From IMG/VR virus record IMGVR_UViG_3300032280_000788, positions 1 through 63,300 of that record: a stretch of 63,300 nucleotides of DNA. The stretch is one strand, 5' to 3'. Under the pieces are notes generated by a model. It was given only the letters and a program-made list of their open reading frames with translations, was not told the origin of the DNA and did no database searches. Both the position numbers and the translations under genes were made by a program. Source of the stretch: a virus. Its lineage: Duplodnaviria > Caudoviricetes. Below, piece after piece: positions 9,347 to 20,400 of the stretch (positions within the stretch are counted from its first letter, which is position 1; each line of letters begins with the position of its first letter).

Positions 9347-9921
9347 TGGCCGAGAACAAAAGACTAGCCTCAGACGCCTTTGCTGTAATTACCCGGCACG
9401 AAGGATTTAAGCCAGAGCCATACCCGGACACCAATAAAAAATGGACTATTGGAATCGGTACGCTTATTGGTGACGGCTCCGATAAGGCTCTTAAGTCTAG
9501 TCCCTATTATGGCAAAAAGATTAATCAAGTTACCGCGGAGAAACTTGCTACCAAGGCAATGAACGAGAAGATTAATTTGGTAAACCGTCTTTTTGGGCCT
9601 GAGAAGTTTAATTCATTTTCTCCTGAGCTTCAGGCGCAGCTTGTTAGCGGGGCCTATCGCGGCGACATCACCCAGTCCCCCAAGGCCATGAAGCTACTTA
9701 AGCAGGGGGATTTTACCTCGGCGGCCAAAGAATACCTTGACTTTGACGAGTATAAGAACGCAGACAAGAACAACGCAGGCGGAATCCGCAAGCGCATGGA
9801 CGAGGCCGCCGCTGTAATTGCCGCTGAGGCTAAGAAAACACCAGCCAAGCCGCTTAGCTTTGCCGACGTAGTTGATAAGCGGTTCCTAAACGAAGTGAAA
9901 ATAATGTCCGGGCCGCCTTAA
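9346..9921 (+). CDS. Lysozyme-family (GH24-like) muramidase
   Basis: HEGFKPEPYPDTNKKWTIGIG carries the E-x8-D-x5-T triad; start at ATG 9346 overlaps the amidase stop. Confidence 0.8.
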   Translation: MAENKRLASDAFAVITRHEGFKPEPYPDTNKKWTIGIGTLIGDGSDKALKSSPYYGKKINQVTAEKLATKAMNEKINLVNRLFGPEKFNSFSPELQAQLVSGAYRGDITQSPKAMKLLKQGDFTSAAKEYLDFDEYKNADKNNAGGIRKRMDEAAAVIAAEAKKTPAKPLSFADVVDKRFLNEVKIMSGPP

Positions 9922-9924
9922 AGC

Positions 9925-9953
9925 TTGACATAGAGCTGGCGAATAACTATATT
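9925..9953 (+). promoter_or_regulatory. Sigma70-like promoter
   Basis: TTGACA-N17-TATATT, 8 nt before ATG 9962. Confidence 0.65.
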
Positions 9954-9961
9954 TGCCTACG

Positions 9962-10294
9962 ATGTCGGCAGCAAACTACGATCTCTCCATCTCTTGCGGC
10001 GAGGACTTCAACTTCACGTTGCGAGTCCTTGATGCTTTCGACGATCCCATCAATTTTAATGGATCTACCTACATTGCGGAGATCCGCGAGGAACACAAAA
10101 AGCCACTTATTGCAGCATTTGCAGTAACACCTTTGGGCGACGGTACACTCAAGTTTGCCTTAACGGATACCCAAACAAAGCTCATCAGCCCCACTCGAAA
10201 GTACAAGTGGGACTTCTTTTGGACCCAATCCGGTGTTACGACAAAACTGCTTTACGGTAGCGTAACTGCCATATCCAACATCAGCAACGTGTAA
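9962..10294 (+). CDS. Fibre-adaptor (BppU-N-like) protein, paralog of 14023-14400
   Basis: ANYDLSISCGEDFNFTL...AEIR...G.LKFALT...Y.WD...LLYGSVT. Confidence 0.6.
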   Translation: MSAANYDLSISCGEDFNFTLRVLDAFDDPINFNGSTYIAEIREEHKKPLIAAFAVTPLGDGTLKFALTDTQTKLISPTRKYKWDFFWTQSGVTTKLLYGSVTAISNISNV

Positions 10295-11913
10295 TGGCCT
10301 CTAACGAAACATCTAAATACAAGTTGTCCGTCGTTGACGGTACAGAGCTTCAGTTATCGTTGAACGGAGCCACTGGTGCTACTGGACCAGCCAACGTTTT
10401 GACGATTGGCACTGTCACGACTGGAGAAACTGGTGTATCAGCCGCCGCCACTATTACTGGTTCCAGCCCTTCGCAAGTACTGAATCTAACTTTGCCAAAA
10501 GGAAACACTGGCACAGCTGCTACTATCGCTGCGGGCACGACCACGACTGGAGCAGCGGGCAGCTCTGCATCGGTCACAAACGCCGGAACAAGTGGAGCTG
10601 CTGTCTTCAACTTTACTATTCCGCGTGGCGACACTGGAAATACGGGCGCAACCGGTCCGGCTAATACTCTTTCTATCGGCACTGTCGGAACTGGCGCGTC
10701 TCCGTCCGTTACTATTACCGGAACAAGTCCTAATCAGACCCTTAACTTTGTACTCCAAAAAGGTGACAAAGGAAATACTGGAGATACTGGCCCGCAAGGC
10801 CCAACTGGATTGTCTTCTACTGCATTTGAGTATGTGGCCAAAACTACTTCGACCAGCGGCGACCCGCTATCGTCATTCATCACATGGAATCAGGCAACTC
10901 AAGTTAATGCCACTGTTTTAAATGTTAGCCATATAGCAGCTGACGGCGATGACTATGATGTGTTTCTCGCTCTACTTAAACCGAATGACTTTATTATCAT
11001 CCAATCAAGAGCAAACTCTGACAAGTATCAGAAGTTTCTAATAACAGGCACTCCAACTATTGTTACGAATAGTTACGTCCAGATACCCGTAGCTAACGAC
11101 TCGTACGGCACAAGCCCAAAGAACTTCGCGAATAATGACACCCTCCTTTTTATTATTCAAGCTGTTGGCCCAACTGGCCCGACCGGACCATCTAATACAC
11201 TATCCATCGGAACTGTAACTGCCGGAGGAATCGGTGTTGCCTCTGCCACGATTACTGGCACTTCGCCAAACCAGACGCTGAATCTGGTTATGCCCACTGG
11301 CGCAACTGGTGCTACAGGAAATACTGGAGCAGCAGCTACTATTGCTGTAGGCACAACTACAACTGGAGCGGCTGGTAGCTCCGCCTCTGTAACTAACGTC
11401 GGAACAAGCGGGGCAGCTGTTTTTGATTTCACCATTCCACGCGGCGACACTGGAGCTACTGGTCCAGCTAATACACTTACCGTAGCGAGCACTACAACAG
11501 GCAACGCTGGTACAAGCGCGGCGGTAACCATCGCTGGTACTTCCCCTAACCAATCGCTGTCGTTCACCATCCCACGCGGTGATACTGGAGCCGAAGGCCC
11601 AACTGGACCAGAGCCATCACTGACGATTGGCGACAACGCAAACACTTCGATCACGCTTGCCGATGCAGACAACAACACAGTGGTGCGCTGCACCGCTGCT
11701 ACTGCCGTAACGCTCACTGTCCCATCAACGCTGGCCGCTGGCTTTAGCTGCATGGTGATACAATCTGGTGCTGGACAAATTACTGTCACGGCAGGAGCTG
11801 GCACGACGCTCAACTCATTTGGCGCACTCGTTAAAACCGCTGGCCTGCACGCGCCAGCGTCGATCATCCGCGTTGCTGCTGCAACCTATAATCTCTCTGG
11901 CAACCTTGTATGA
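10294..11913 (+). CDS. Collagen-like repeat tail fibre
   Basis: Repeated GxTGPAN-TL(S/T)IGTVT...F.IPRGDTG modules. Confidence 0.75.
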   Translation: MASNETSKYKLSVVDGTELQLSLNGATGATGPANVLTIGTVTTGETGVSAAATITGSSPSQVLNLTLPKGNTGTAATIAAGTTTTGAAGSSASVTNAGTSGAAVFNFTIPRGDTGNTGATGPANTLSIGTVGTGASPSVTITGTSPNQTLNFVLQKGDKGNTGDTGPQGPTGLSSTAFEYVAKTTSTSGDPLSSFITWNQATQVNATVLNVSHIAADGDDYDVFLALLKPNDFIIIQSRANSDKYQKFLITGTPTIVTNSYVQIPVANDSYGTSPKNFANNDTLLFIIQAVGPTGPTGPSNTLSIGTVTAGGIGVASATITGTSPNQTLNLVMPTGATGATGNTGAAATIAVGTTTTGAAGSSASVTNVGTSGAAVFDFTIPRGDTGATGPANTLTVASTTTGNAGTSAAVTIAGTSPNQSLSFTIPRGDTGAEGPTGPEPSLTIGDNANTSITLADADNNTVVRCTAATAVTLTVPSTLAAGFSCMVIQSGAGQITVTAGAGTTLNSFGALVKTAGLHAPASIIRVAAATYNLSGNLV

Positions 11914-13400
11914 TCATCCTGCAACAGACTCGCGGATTGCTTTCGAGCAACGACCAGCTCGCGCTCGACCTGCCATTTGCCGAGACCAAATCGCTCACCG
12001 CTCGGGTCGGCCCAACGCCAGTATTCACTCGCTCAAGTACAGGCACATATTTTGGGCCGCTCGTAGATGTGGCTGATTTAGGTGTTACAGGGTGGTCTAC
12101 AGTTGGAATTACGAATGGACGAGCGGAATGGACGAGCACTACTGCTGAAGTTTCCAGAGATCTTTTTTACACTGGAACACAGTGGAAAATTGAAATTGTA
12201 TATCCAGACGATTTCTACGAATACTTCGCTGCCGAAGGAAGTGAGTGGAGACCCGATCAAGCGAACTGGAGCGAGTCTGGACCATCAGTCACCACCAGTA
12301 GCACTTACGGAATCGTTCGGGTAGCAATCAACGAGCCGCGCTTCTACCATAATACCACTGCCCCAAATGCTTGCCATGGGTTGCTGATCGAGGAGTCTAG
12401 GACGAACACTTGCCGTCAGAGTGAAAACTTCGGAACTACTTGGACGAATGATGTTGGGCTTGTGGCGATTTCTCTTAACCAGACCACAAGCCCATCTGGA
12501 GCAATGGATGCCGACAAAATTTCAGAAAACACAACTGCATCCAATAGAAGAATATCAATTCAAACTCAAAGTTTTGCAAGTGGAACTACATACACATTTT
12601 CTTGCTTCGTTAAGGCAGCAGAAAGAGAGTTTGTTCAATTAAGGTTTGGTTCAGCATTTGGAGGACAATTCCAAAACTTTATTGTTGGTGGTGTTAATGC
12701 TGGTACAATCGGAAGCGGAGTTGGTGCTACCGCAGCAATACAAGCCTATCCGAATGGATGGTATAGGTGTTCGATCACAGCCGTATCCGCAGCGACTGTA
12801 TCAAGTCAAGTTACTATTGGCCCGCAAATCTCGTCAACTGCTGCGGCGTGGAGTCCATATATTGGAACCATTGGCAGTGGAATCTTTGTATGGGGCGCAC
12901 AATTAGAAGTAGGCCCCTCCCTCACATCCTACATCCCAACCACCACAGCGCCCTTGCTTCGCAGTGCGGATGTGTGTAGCATTACTTCATCAACATTGTG
13001 GAATTCGTCAGAGGGAACTCTCTTATCCAAGACGATAATTCCAAATGGTGGTTTTGAGTGTTACCCCGCAAACTGGCTTAATTTCTTTGGCCATAGGAGA
13101 ACAATCTCAAATACTCTTTCTGCCATCACACGAGGAGGAGGAAGTTTTGATATAAATCTTGGAACATTTGTTAGCGGTAGCCTTAGAGTTGCATCTACGC
13201 ATGGTGGAAACTTGGTGTCAGCGGTTGCTAATGGTGGATCTGTCGTTTCAGTGAGTGGCACTTTGGTGCTCAACCCAACTTCGCTCACAATCGGTTCCGC
13301 AGGAGGGGGTGGAACCACCTACATCAACGGGCCAGTCGATTCCATACGCTACTACCGCAAACGCCTCCCCAACGCGAAACTCCAAGCACTCACGGCATGA
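11910..13400 (+). CDS. Spike/fibre protein with carbohydrate-binding/LamG-like domains
   Basis: FTRSSTGTY, GLLIEESRTN, NGWYRCS, WGAQLEVG...TSYIPT motifs typical of phage spike proteins. Confidence 0.7.
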   Translation: MIILQQTRGLLSSNDQLALDLPFAETKSLTARVGPTPVFTRSSTGTYFGPLVDVADLGVTGWSTVGITNGRAEWTSTTAEVSRDLFYTGTQWKIEIVYPDDFYEYFAAEGSEWRPDQANWSESGPSVTTSSTYGIVRVAINEPRFYHNTTAPNACHGLLIEESRTNTCRQSENFGTTWTNDVGLVAISLNQTTSPSGAMDADKISENTTASNRRISIQTQSFASGTTYTFSCFVKAAEREFVQLRFGSAFGGQFQNFIVGGVNAGTIGSGVGATAAIQAYPNGWYRCSITAVSAATVSSQVTIGPQISSTAAAWSPYIGTIGSGIFVWGAQLEVGPSLTSYIPTTTAPLLRSADVCSITSSTLWNSSEGTLLSKTIIPNGGFECYPANWLNFFGHRRTISNTLSAITRGGGSFDINLGTFVSGSLRVASTHGGNLVSAVANGGSVVSVSGTLVLNPTSLTIGSAGGGGTTYINGPVDSIRYYRKRLPNAKLQALTA

Positions 13401-13720
13401 CCGACTACATCCTCAAATTCCCAAGCAAGCAGGTAGCTGAGCAGTTTGGCATCGCCAATGGATTTGCTGTGATTGATGAGTCCGGCGCGGTCGTCTCGAC
13501 GCTAGCCACCCACGAATATGCCTTGCATGAGGTAGGTGAGCACAATGGTTCTGACTTCTGGGTTCTTTTCCGCGATCTGATCGGCATCCCGATCCCCGAA
13601 GGTGGCGAGCAGTTTATTTTCTGGGCATCCAACCAAAGCATCATCAACGACGCTGGCAGCGAGATCTCCATTCCCAGACCAGAGTTTAACCCCGATGTTC
13701 CCAACATCTGGTGGGCTTAA
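13397..13720 (+). CDS. Hypothetical protein (possible fibre chaperone)
   Basis: ATGA overlap with the fibre gene; 107 aa. Confidence 0.6.
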   Translation: MTDYILKFPSKQVAEQFGIANGFAVIDESGAVVSTLATHEYALHEVGEHNGSDFWVLFRDLIGIPIPEGGEQFIFWASNQSIINDAGSEISIPRPEFNPDVPNIWWA

Positions 13721-13723
13721 TCC

Positions 13724-13752
13724 TTGACCCTGAACCCTCTACCCTGTAATAT
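13724..13752 (+). promoter_or_regulatory. Sigma70-like promoter
   Basis: TTGACC-N17-TAATAT, 6 nt before ATG 13759; similar to 22984-23012. Confidence 0.6.
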
Positions 13753-13758
13753 ACACCT

Positions 13759-14013
13759 ATGACTGACACAATCCTCAAACAAAACGCCGGACGCGGCGGT
13801 GCCGTAATTGTGACCGCTACAACCGTTCCTGCTGGTAATTACTGTGCCATGCAGTGGGTTACTTCTGGCACAATTACGACGGCCCTAAACGCTCCGCTTC
13901 TTTCTGGAACTCAAACGTCAATTACATATCCAGCGTTACTTCGCATTGATACCCCCATTACTGGCGGCACTGGCGTAATTACTGGAACAGCTATCTTCTA
14001 CAAAGCTATTTAA
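13759..14013 (+). CDS. Small virion-type protein
   Basis: 84-aa Thr/Gly-rich ORF in the structural module. Confidence 0.6.
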   Translation: MTDTILKQNAGRGGAVIVTATTVPAGNYCAMQWVTSGTITTALNAPLLSGTQTSITYPALLRIDTPITGGTGVITGTAIFYKAI

Positions 14014-14022
14014 GCTGAACCA

Positions 14023-14400
14023 ATGCTCGCCGCCAACTACGACATCACCATTGATCGAGCAGCTGAATACAGCTTCGTTCTGACGATTCAGAACCAGCTG
14101 AAAGTGCCAATTGATTTGGACCCGCCAGCGTCGGCAGCTTTCGACTTCTATGCCGACATCCGCGATGCCAACACTAAGAAAGAAGTGGTCTCGTTTACAG
14201 CAACAATCCTTGACGACGGCAACAACGGTCAAGTAGCCTTTAAACTTACCGAAGCCAACACTCTGTTGCTGAAGCCTTCTGGCAGCTACGAGTACGACAT
14301 CTTCATGCGACGCGGAAGCGTTATGGAACGTTTGCTTTACGGCTCCGTTACGGTTCGAGCCAACATTACCAAAGGAGCACCAGTAGACCCAATCAGTTAA
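14023..14400 (+). CDS. Fibre-adaptor (BppU-N-like) protein
   Basis: ANYDITID...ADIR...YEYD...LLYGSVT; clear paralog of 9962-10294. Confidence 0.6.
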   Translation: MLAANYDITIDRAAEYSFVLTIQNQLKVPIDLDPPASAAFDFYADIRDANTKKEVVSFTATILDDGNNGQVAFKLTEANTLLLKPSGSYEYDIFMRRGSVMERLLYGSVTVRANITKGAPVDPIS

Positions 14401-14404
14401 GACC

Positions 14405-17400
14405 ATGCCCTCAGATACCTACATCTTGACCATTTCCGACGCTGGAGTTTCAGTGCCGTCCACCCACGCCAGCACCCACGTTACCGGCGGTAGCGACGTA
14501 ATCCCAACTGCGACATCGAGCACTAGCGGCCTGATGAGTGCGGCTATTTTCGATCAGCACGTCACCAATACTGCTAAAGTCTCGAACATCACCCATACTG
14601 GCGATGTCACAGATGCTGGTGGTGTATTGACTGTCAATAAGATCAACGGCGTCTCGATGTCTGGTCTAGCTACTGGTATTGTAAAAAACACGACCAGTAC
14701 TGGTGCGCCGTCGATTGCTGTCGCTGCTGATTTCCCTACGCTTAACCAGAACACCACTGGTAACGCGGCTACTGCTACTCTCGCTACAACTGCTACAACC
14801 GCAGTTTCCACTATCGGAATTAATGGTATTTCATTGAAGGAACTAGGCACTGGCATTCTTAAAAACAGCACCAGCACCGGCACACCTTCGATTGCAGTTG
14901 CTATGGATTTTCCAATCCTTAACCAAGACACTACCGGAAATGCAGCCACCGCATCTTTTTCCAATCTTGCTAATTATGCTAATGCGGCGGGGTCTGCCAC
15001 CACAGCATCCACTGCGGAATTCGCTGCAGTAGCTGGTTCTATAGCTGGTGTTGTGGGCTCAGCTACATCATCTGATGTAGCCTTATTAGCTAGATTAGCG
15101 GAAAAGGCTACTAATATTGCTGGCGGAACAAATGGCTCTTTAGTATATCAATCATCTACTAATACGACATCTTTTGTTCCCTCTGGTTCATCTAACCAAT
15201 TTTTAAAGTCGAATGGTACTGGAGCCCCCTCATGGTCCGCTATTAATTTGTCGTCTGCCGAGTCAACTTCAGGCATACTACCACTTTCAAAAGGCGGCAC
15301 CGGAGTTGGTACTTTGACCCCCGGTGTTATAGTCAAAAACGAAGGTTTACTCTCGTCTGTTGTGGCGCCCTTAGGAAATATTGTAGGTACGACAGATACC
15401 CAAATACTGACCAACAAAACAATTACTTCTCCAACAATCAATTCCCCAATTATCTCTGGGGGGACTATATCGTCGCTAACGTCGGCAATCCCAGTCGCTT
15501 CTGGCGGCACTGGTGCCTCTACTCTTACTGGCTACGTGAAAGGAACAGGCACTACAGCAATGACCGCGAGTGCTACAATTCCAGTTGCTGATTTATCTGG
15601 TTCTATTAGTGTTCAGAATGGCGGCACTGGTGCCTCTACTCTTACTGGCTACGTGAAAGGAACAGGCACTACAGCAATGACCGCGAGTGCTACAATTCCA
15701 GTTGCTGATTTATCTGGTTCTATTAGTGTTCAGAATGGTGGCACTGGTGCCTCTACTCTTACTGGCTACGTGAAAGGAACAGGCACTACAACAATGACCG
15801 CGAGTGATACAATTCCAGTTGCTGATATTTCGGGAACACTCCCAGTTACAAAAGGTGGTACTGGGGTAACGCTATCTACAGGAACTGGCACAAATGTACT
15901 TTCAACTTCACCAACTCTTGTTTCTCCGTTATTAGGTGTACCGACATCCGGTACGCTTACAAACTGTACGGGTCTACCATTAACAACGGGCGTTGCTGGA
16001 GTTCTCCCCGTAGATAAAGGAGGTACTGGAAAAGCAACTTTTGATTTTTCGGGACCCCTATATTATGACGATATCACTGGTGAAATTGATATTAACGTAG
16101 CGGCGGGCATCACTCCAATTACAGCAGGAGGCACTGGAGCATCCTCCCTACCTGCTGGTTTTGTTAAGTCCAATGGCTCTGTTTTGTCAACTTCACCATC
16201 CCCTATCAGCGTTGCAGATGGTGGCACTGGTGCAACTACTCTTACTGGCTATGTGAAAGGAACAGGCACTACAACAATGACTGCCGCCACTACAGTTCCA
16301 GTTGCTGATATTTCGGGAACACTCCCAGTTACAAAAGGTGGTACTGGTATTACGACGATTAATGCCTACGGAGCAATGTACGTGAGCAGCTCCGGCGGTG
16401 TACTCACAGGTACGCTACCGATCACAAGTGGGGGCACTGGCATTACGGCGGTTACTAACAACGGAGCAATGTACGTGAGCAGCTCCGGCGGTGTACTCAC
16501 AGGTACGCTACCAGTCGCAAGTGGGGGTACTGGCCTTGCGACGCTTTCTAACAACGGAGCAATGTACGTGAGCAGCTCCGGCGGTGTACTCACAGGTACG
16601 CTACCGATCACAAGTGGGGGCACTGGCATTACGGCGGTTACTAACAACGGAGCAATGTACGTGAGCGGTTCTGGTAGTATGCTTACAGGTACGCTACCAG
16701 TCGCAAGTGGAGGTACTGGTCAGTCAACGTATGCAGACGGCAATACACTTATTGCGGGCAATCAAAATATTGCAATATCTAGCGCTGGCACTTTCACATT
16801 TATTAATCTTACCGGATCTCTTCAGTCTGGTACGAACATGACAAATGGCACCACAAATACTTTCTCGCTCCGTAATTCACTCACCGCAACAAGAAACTTT
16901 AATGTGAGAGCAATTGTTGAACTGGCCGTCGCTCCGATTACTATTACAGGTGTTACATTTGCAACCAACGTGGTTACTGTTACGGTATCTGGCGGACATG
17001 GGGTTCCATCAACGGCGATCAATATGGATGCAATTGTTACTGGGCTTACCTATACAGGTACAAATAACAACGGGAGTGTCTATATAAGTTATATTAATTC
17101 GACACAATTTAGTTTTCCAGTTACTGGGGTTACCGGTGTTGCGTTGGGGGCTACTCCTCAATTTGTGTACGCACAGACTGTCGGTATTCGTCTGGCTTCA
17201 GGATCATCTGGGTCGTTATCCACCATAACAGCAACAGAAACCCGTGGACTATTCATACCTCATGTTGTAATGTCCGATTATGGGGCCAATCTTATGACTG
17301 AGACACTAAGTCTTTCGCTTACTGCAGCACAAGAGGTGGCTGTGTATGTAACCAATTTTACTTCGACTAACTCTATTATTGTGCGTCGTGCTAAGCTTAT

Positions 17401-17419
17401 CGCCGAAACAACACTATAA
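14405..17419 (+). CDS. Long tail fibre with GGTG repeats
   Basis: Many LPVxxGGTG motifs; 117-bp and 93-bp internal tandem repeats. Confidence 0.8.
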   Translation: MPSDTYILTISDAGVSVPSTHASTHVTGGSDVIPTATSSTSGLMSAAIFDQHVTNTAKVSNITHTGDVTDAGGVLTVNKINGVSMSGLATGIVKNTTSTGAPSIAVAADFPTLNQNTTGNAATATLATTATTAVSTIGINGISLKELGTGILKNSTSTGTPSIAVAMDFPILNQDTTGNAATASFSNLANYANAAGSATTASTAEFAAVAGSIAGVVGSATSSDVALLARLAEKATNIAGGTNGSLVYQSSTNTTSFVPSGSSNQFLKSNGTGAPSWSAINLSSAESTSGILPLSKGGTGVGTLTPGVIVKNEGLLSSVVAPLGNIVGTTDTQILTNKTITSPTINSPIISGGTISSLTSAIPVASGGTGASTLTGYVKGTGTTAMTASATIPVADLSGSISVQNGGTGASTLTGYVKGTGTTAMTASATIPVADLSGSISVQNGGTGASTLTGYVKGTGTTTMTASDTIPVADISGTLPVTKGGTGVTLSTGTGTNVLSTSPTLVSPLLGVPTSGTLTNCTGLPLTTGVAGVLPVDKGGTGKATFDFSGPLYYDDITGEIDINVAAGITPITAGGTGASSLPAGFVKSNGSVLSTSPSPISVADGGTGATTLTGYVKGTGTTTMTAATTVPVADISGTLPVTKGGTGITTINAYGAMYVSSSGGVLTGTLPITSGGTGITAVTNNGAMYVSSSGGVLTGTLPVASGGTGLATLSNNGAMYVSSSGGVLTGTLPITSGGTGITAVTNNGAMYVSGSGSMLTGTLPVASGGTGQSTYADGNTLIAGNQNIAISSAGTFTFINLTGSLQSGTNMTNGTTNTFSLRNSLTATRNFNVRAIVELAVAPITITGVTFATNVVTVTVSGGHGVPSTAINMDAIVTGLTYTGTNNNGSVYISYINSTQFSFPVTGVTGVALGATPQFVYAQTVGIRLASGSSGSLSTITATETRGLFIPHVVMSDYGANLMTETLSLSLTAAQEVAVYVTNFTSTNSIIVRRAKLIAETTL

Positions 17420-20400
17420 TGCCAATATCCCAACTACCACAAGCTCCGTACAGGCAAGACCGTAAAGTATTTCCAACGCCAATCGTTGGAGATGTCTTGT
17501 TCAGTGAAATTCGTGATTGTAATCGCGGAAACGCTTTTCCTGAATATGGGACGCCACATCCGAACGCACAACGCTGGCCCGACCACAAGCTGGTTTTTAT
17601 CAAGCCAGTCGATATCGAACGCAACGAGATATTCGAGTTCTTTTATGCAGCAGATCGCGAGAATCAAGATCTCTACAACTTTTCTTTCGGTCTCCAGAGT
17701 GTCGGCACGAATCGCCAGTTTCGCGCCGTACAGCGCGAATATGTAACACTTCGTGAGAATTTTCAGCCGTTGGATATTCCGTTTGGGAACCCAATGCCAG
17801 ATACCCCAGAAGGCAAGTTTGATGGTGTTGAGTACGTCTTCTTTCAAAAACAGCAAAAACGGATAGATCAACAGGAACTCGATTCGCTATACGTCGCTGA
17901 AGCTCATACTTACATAGAGAAGGCTTTTCTTGACGACAAACTCTCTTACGCAACACAGCGTACTGATCCGCTGCCATCGAAGTTCCAGATTCTTGTTCCA
18001 GAACAGGTATTTGAGCAGATTGTTGAAGGCGCTGCTGAAATGCCAGTCCTTACTGGGTCAGATCTTTCGGTCAAAGAAGATCAACTTAATTTAGATTTAA
18101 AGCTAGTTCTTTCAGCCAGAGAAGACCAACTCAATCCGGATGTAAAGCTGGTTCGCACTGTTACGAGAGACCGCAGCCCCCTACCAGTTTCACTCGACCA
18201 AAAAGCTACCACTAACGAGAAGCAACTGGCCACAGTCACCGAAACAGTACAGTCTGGCGACACGATTGAGGAACCGTCTGCTACAGTAGATATCGAAAGT
18301 CAAGCATTGGGCGATGGCACTTATGTTGTCCGTAAGACCGAAGTACCAGAACTGTTCACAGCCAAATCTTATTCGGCGGAAAATCCGGACCTTGTCCCGC
18401 CGAAATTTCGTGCTGCGCTCCCAACTACGACCGAAGAAGCTAGTGAGGTTGGAGTTGCAGCTCCGATAACTTTAGAAAGTGGTGATCTAGCTGCTACTGA
18501 ACAGCAGCAAAATAAGTTCGTCAAACGGAAGAGAAAAACAAAACGGGATCTAACGTCTCTTCCGCAAGCTCTATATCAAAAGACGACTACGAATGAAAAG
18601 CAATTGGCAACAGTTGTTGAGACGCTTCAAGTCGGTGACACATCAGAATCACCGTCAGCGTTGGTTGACATCCAAAGCGAAGCGATGGGTGATGGTACTT
18701 ACGTTGTTCGCAAAGTGTCAGTGCCCGCACTTTTCACAGCTAAGTCTTATTCTGTTGAACGACCCGACGTAACTCCACCAAAGTTTAAGGCTCTTATTCC
18801 TGAAACTACAACACAGCAGAATTCTATTGGTTCTGCGGTCCAGCCAAGGCTTACCGATGGCGTCCTTGCAATTACAGAACAACAAGTTGATCAATTTGTA
18901 AAACGCGTGGTAACAAGCCAACGCACTGCAACCCTCCCGAAAATATTGACTCAAAAAGCTACCACGGATGAAAAATTAGTGGTTAAAATAACTGAAACTC
19001 TCCAAACTAGCGAAGCTGTTGAACCCGCCACCGCTAAAGTTGACATTCAATCAGAAGCATTGGGTGATGGGACTTATATTGTCCGCAAAACGGAAGCCCC
19101 AGAAGTATTCAAGGCTACGGTGTATTCAGAAGAACGCCCCGATAATGTGCCCTTAAAGTTTAGATCAAATCTACCAGTTAGAACTACAGAAGAATCTACT
19201 GAGGGGACTGTTGTTAAACCTGTTCTAAAAATCGGGCAGTTGAGCGTGGAGGAGAAACAACAGAATAAATATGTAAAGCGTGTAAGAACTTCAGAAAGAA
19301 ATATTGCCAACGCACAAGTACTCACACAAAAAGAAACAACTAATCAGAAACAAGTAGCTACTGTATTCGAAAGTTTTAAAGCTGGTGACACTGATGTACA
19401 ACCTTCTGCTACGGTTGACATTCAATCAGAAGCATTGGGTGATGGAACTTATATTGTTCGCGAAACAAGATTGCCGAGTTTATTTAAAGCCGAATCTTAT
19501 TCAGCTCAAAAACCAGATATTATCCCAGATAGATTTAAGACCGAACTGGAGACCGTTACAGAAGAAAAATTTGTAGAAGGAAACGCAGAGCCCGTAAGTC
19601 TAAATAATGGGGAACTTCAACGCACTGAACAACAGATCAACGCATTTGTTTATCGGGAGCAAGTAGTAAGAAGAGATCTTGCTGATAGCGTTGAGCTTGA
19701 TCCCGTAGAGCGTACTTATGTTGAAGGCACTAAAGTAACGGTCAAAGAAAAACTTTCTGCGGATAGCGCTGCTAAAACTGGGCTTCATATAGTTCAATCA
19801 GAAGTAACAAATGTCGGCGACGGCAAATTTATTGTGCAAACCGTTGAGGTAAGCCAGTGGCCTAAATTAACAAGTTCAGAGTGGGATTATGAATTAAATA
19901 CTCAAATTCAAAAAACCGAAGAATTTGTTGCACCGCCAACTGATTTTTCTGACGAAAACGTACAATTTAAAATTGTTAATGAGGACAGATCGTTAAAAAT
20001 AAAAGAAACGGCTCCGGAGGCAGAGTTGGAACAATATCACATGTCGTTCCCAGTTCGTATTGATGTTCAGTTACCTAATGTTCTAAAAAAAGTAGACGTA
20101 AAATGGATTAATGAAAAAGCAGAGGGTGACTATAAAACAGATTGGCAAGGAAGTTCTTCCGGTGATCGTGTAAGTCTAAGCGGGGGTGAGACCAACTCTG
20201 TAGATAGTTCTTGTACCGTGAGGCCTGAACTAGTTATTGATATTGAACAACCGTGGGGGGCCGATTTACCTGCGACAGCACATGTATTTTTTATCAAAGG
20301 TAGAGCTGGACGTATTTTTTCTGAATCAGATATTAGAGGTAAAGTCTCTGAACTAGCTGGTGGATCTGTACAAGCTTGGCCTGTTTTTAAACCCGTATCT

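Noticed and set aside
14405-17419. Diversity-generating retroelement
   Set aside because: No reverse transcriptase is present, and the repeats are in-frame tandem duplications without adenine-specific variation.
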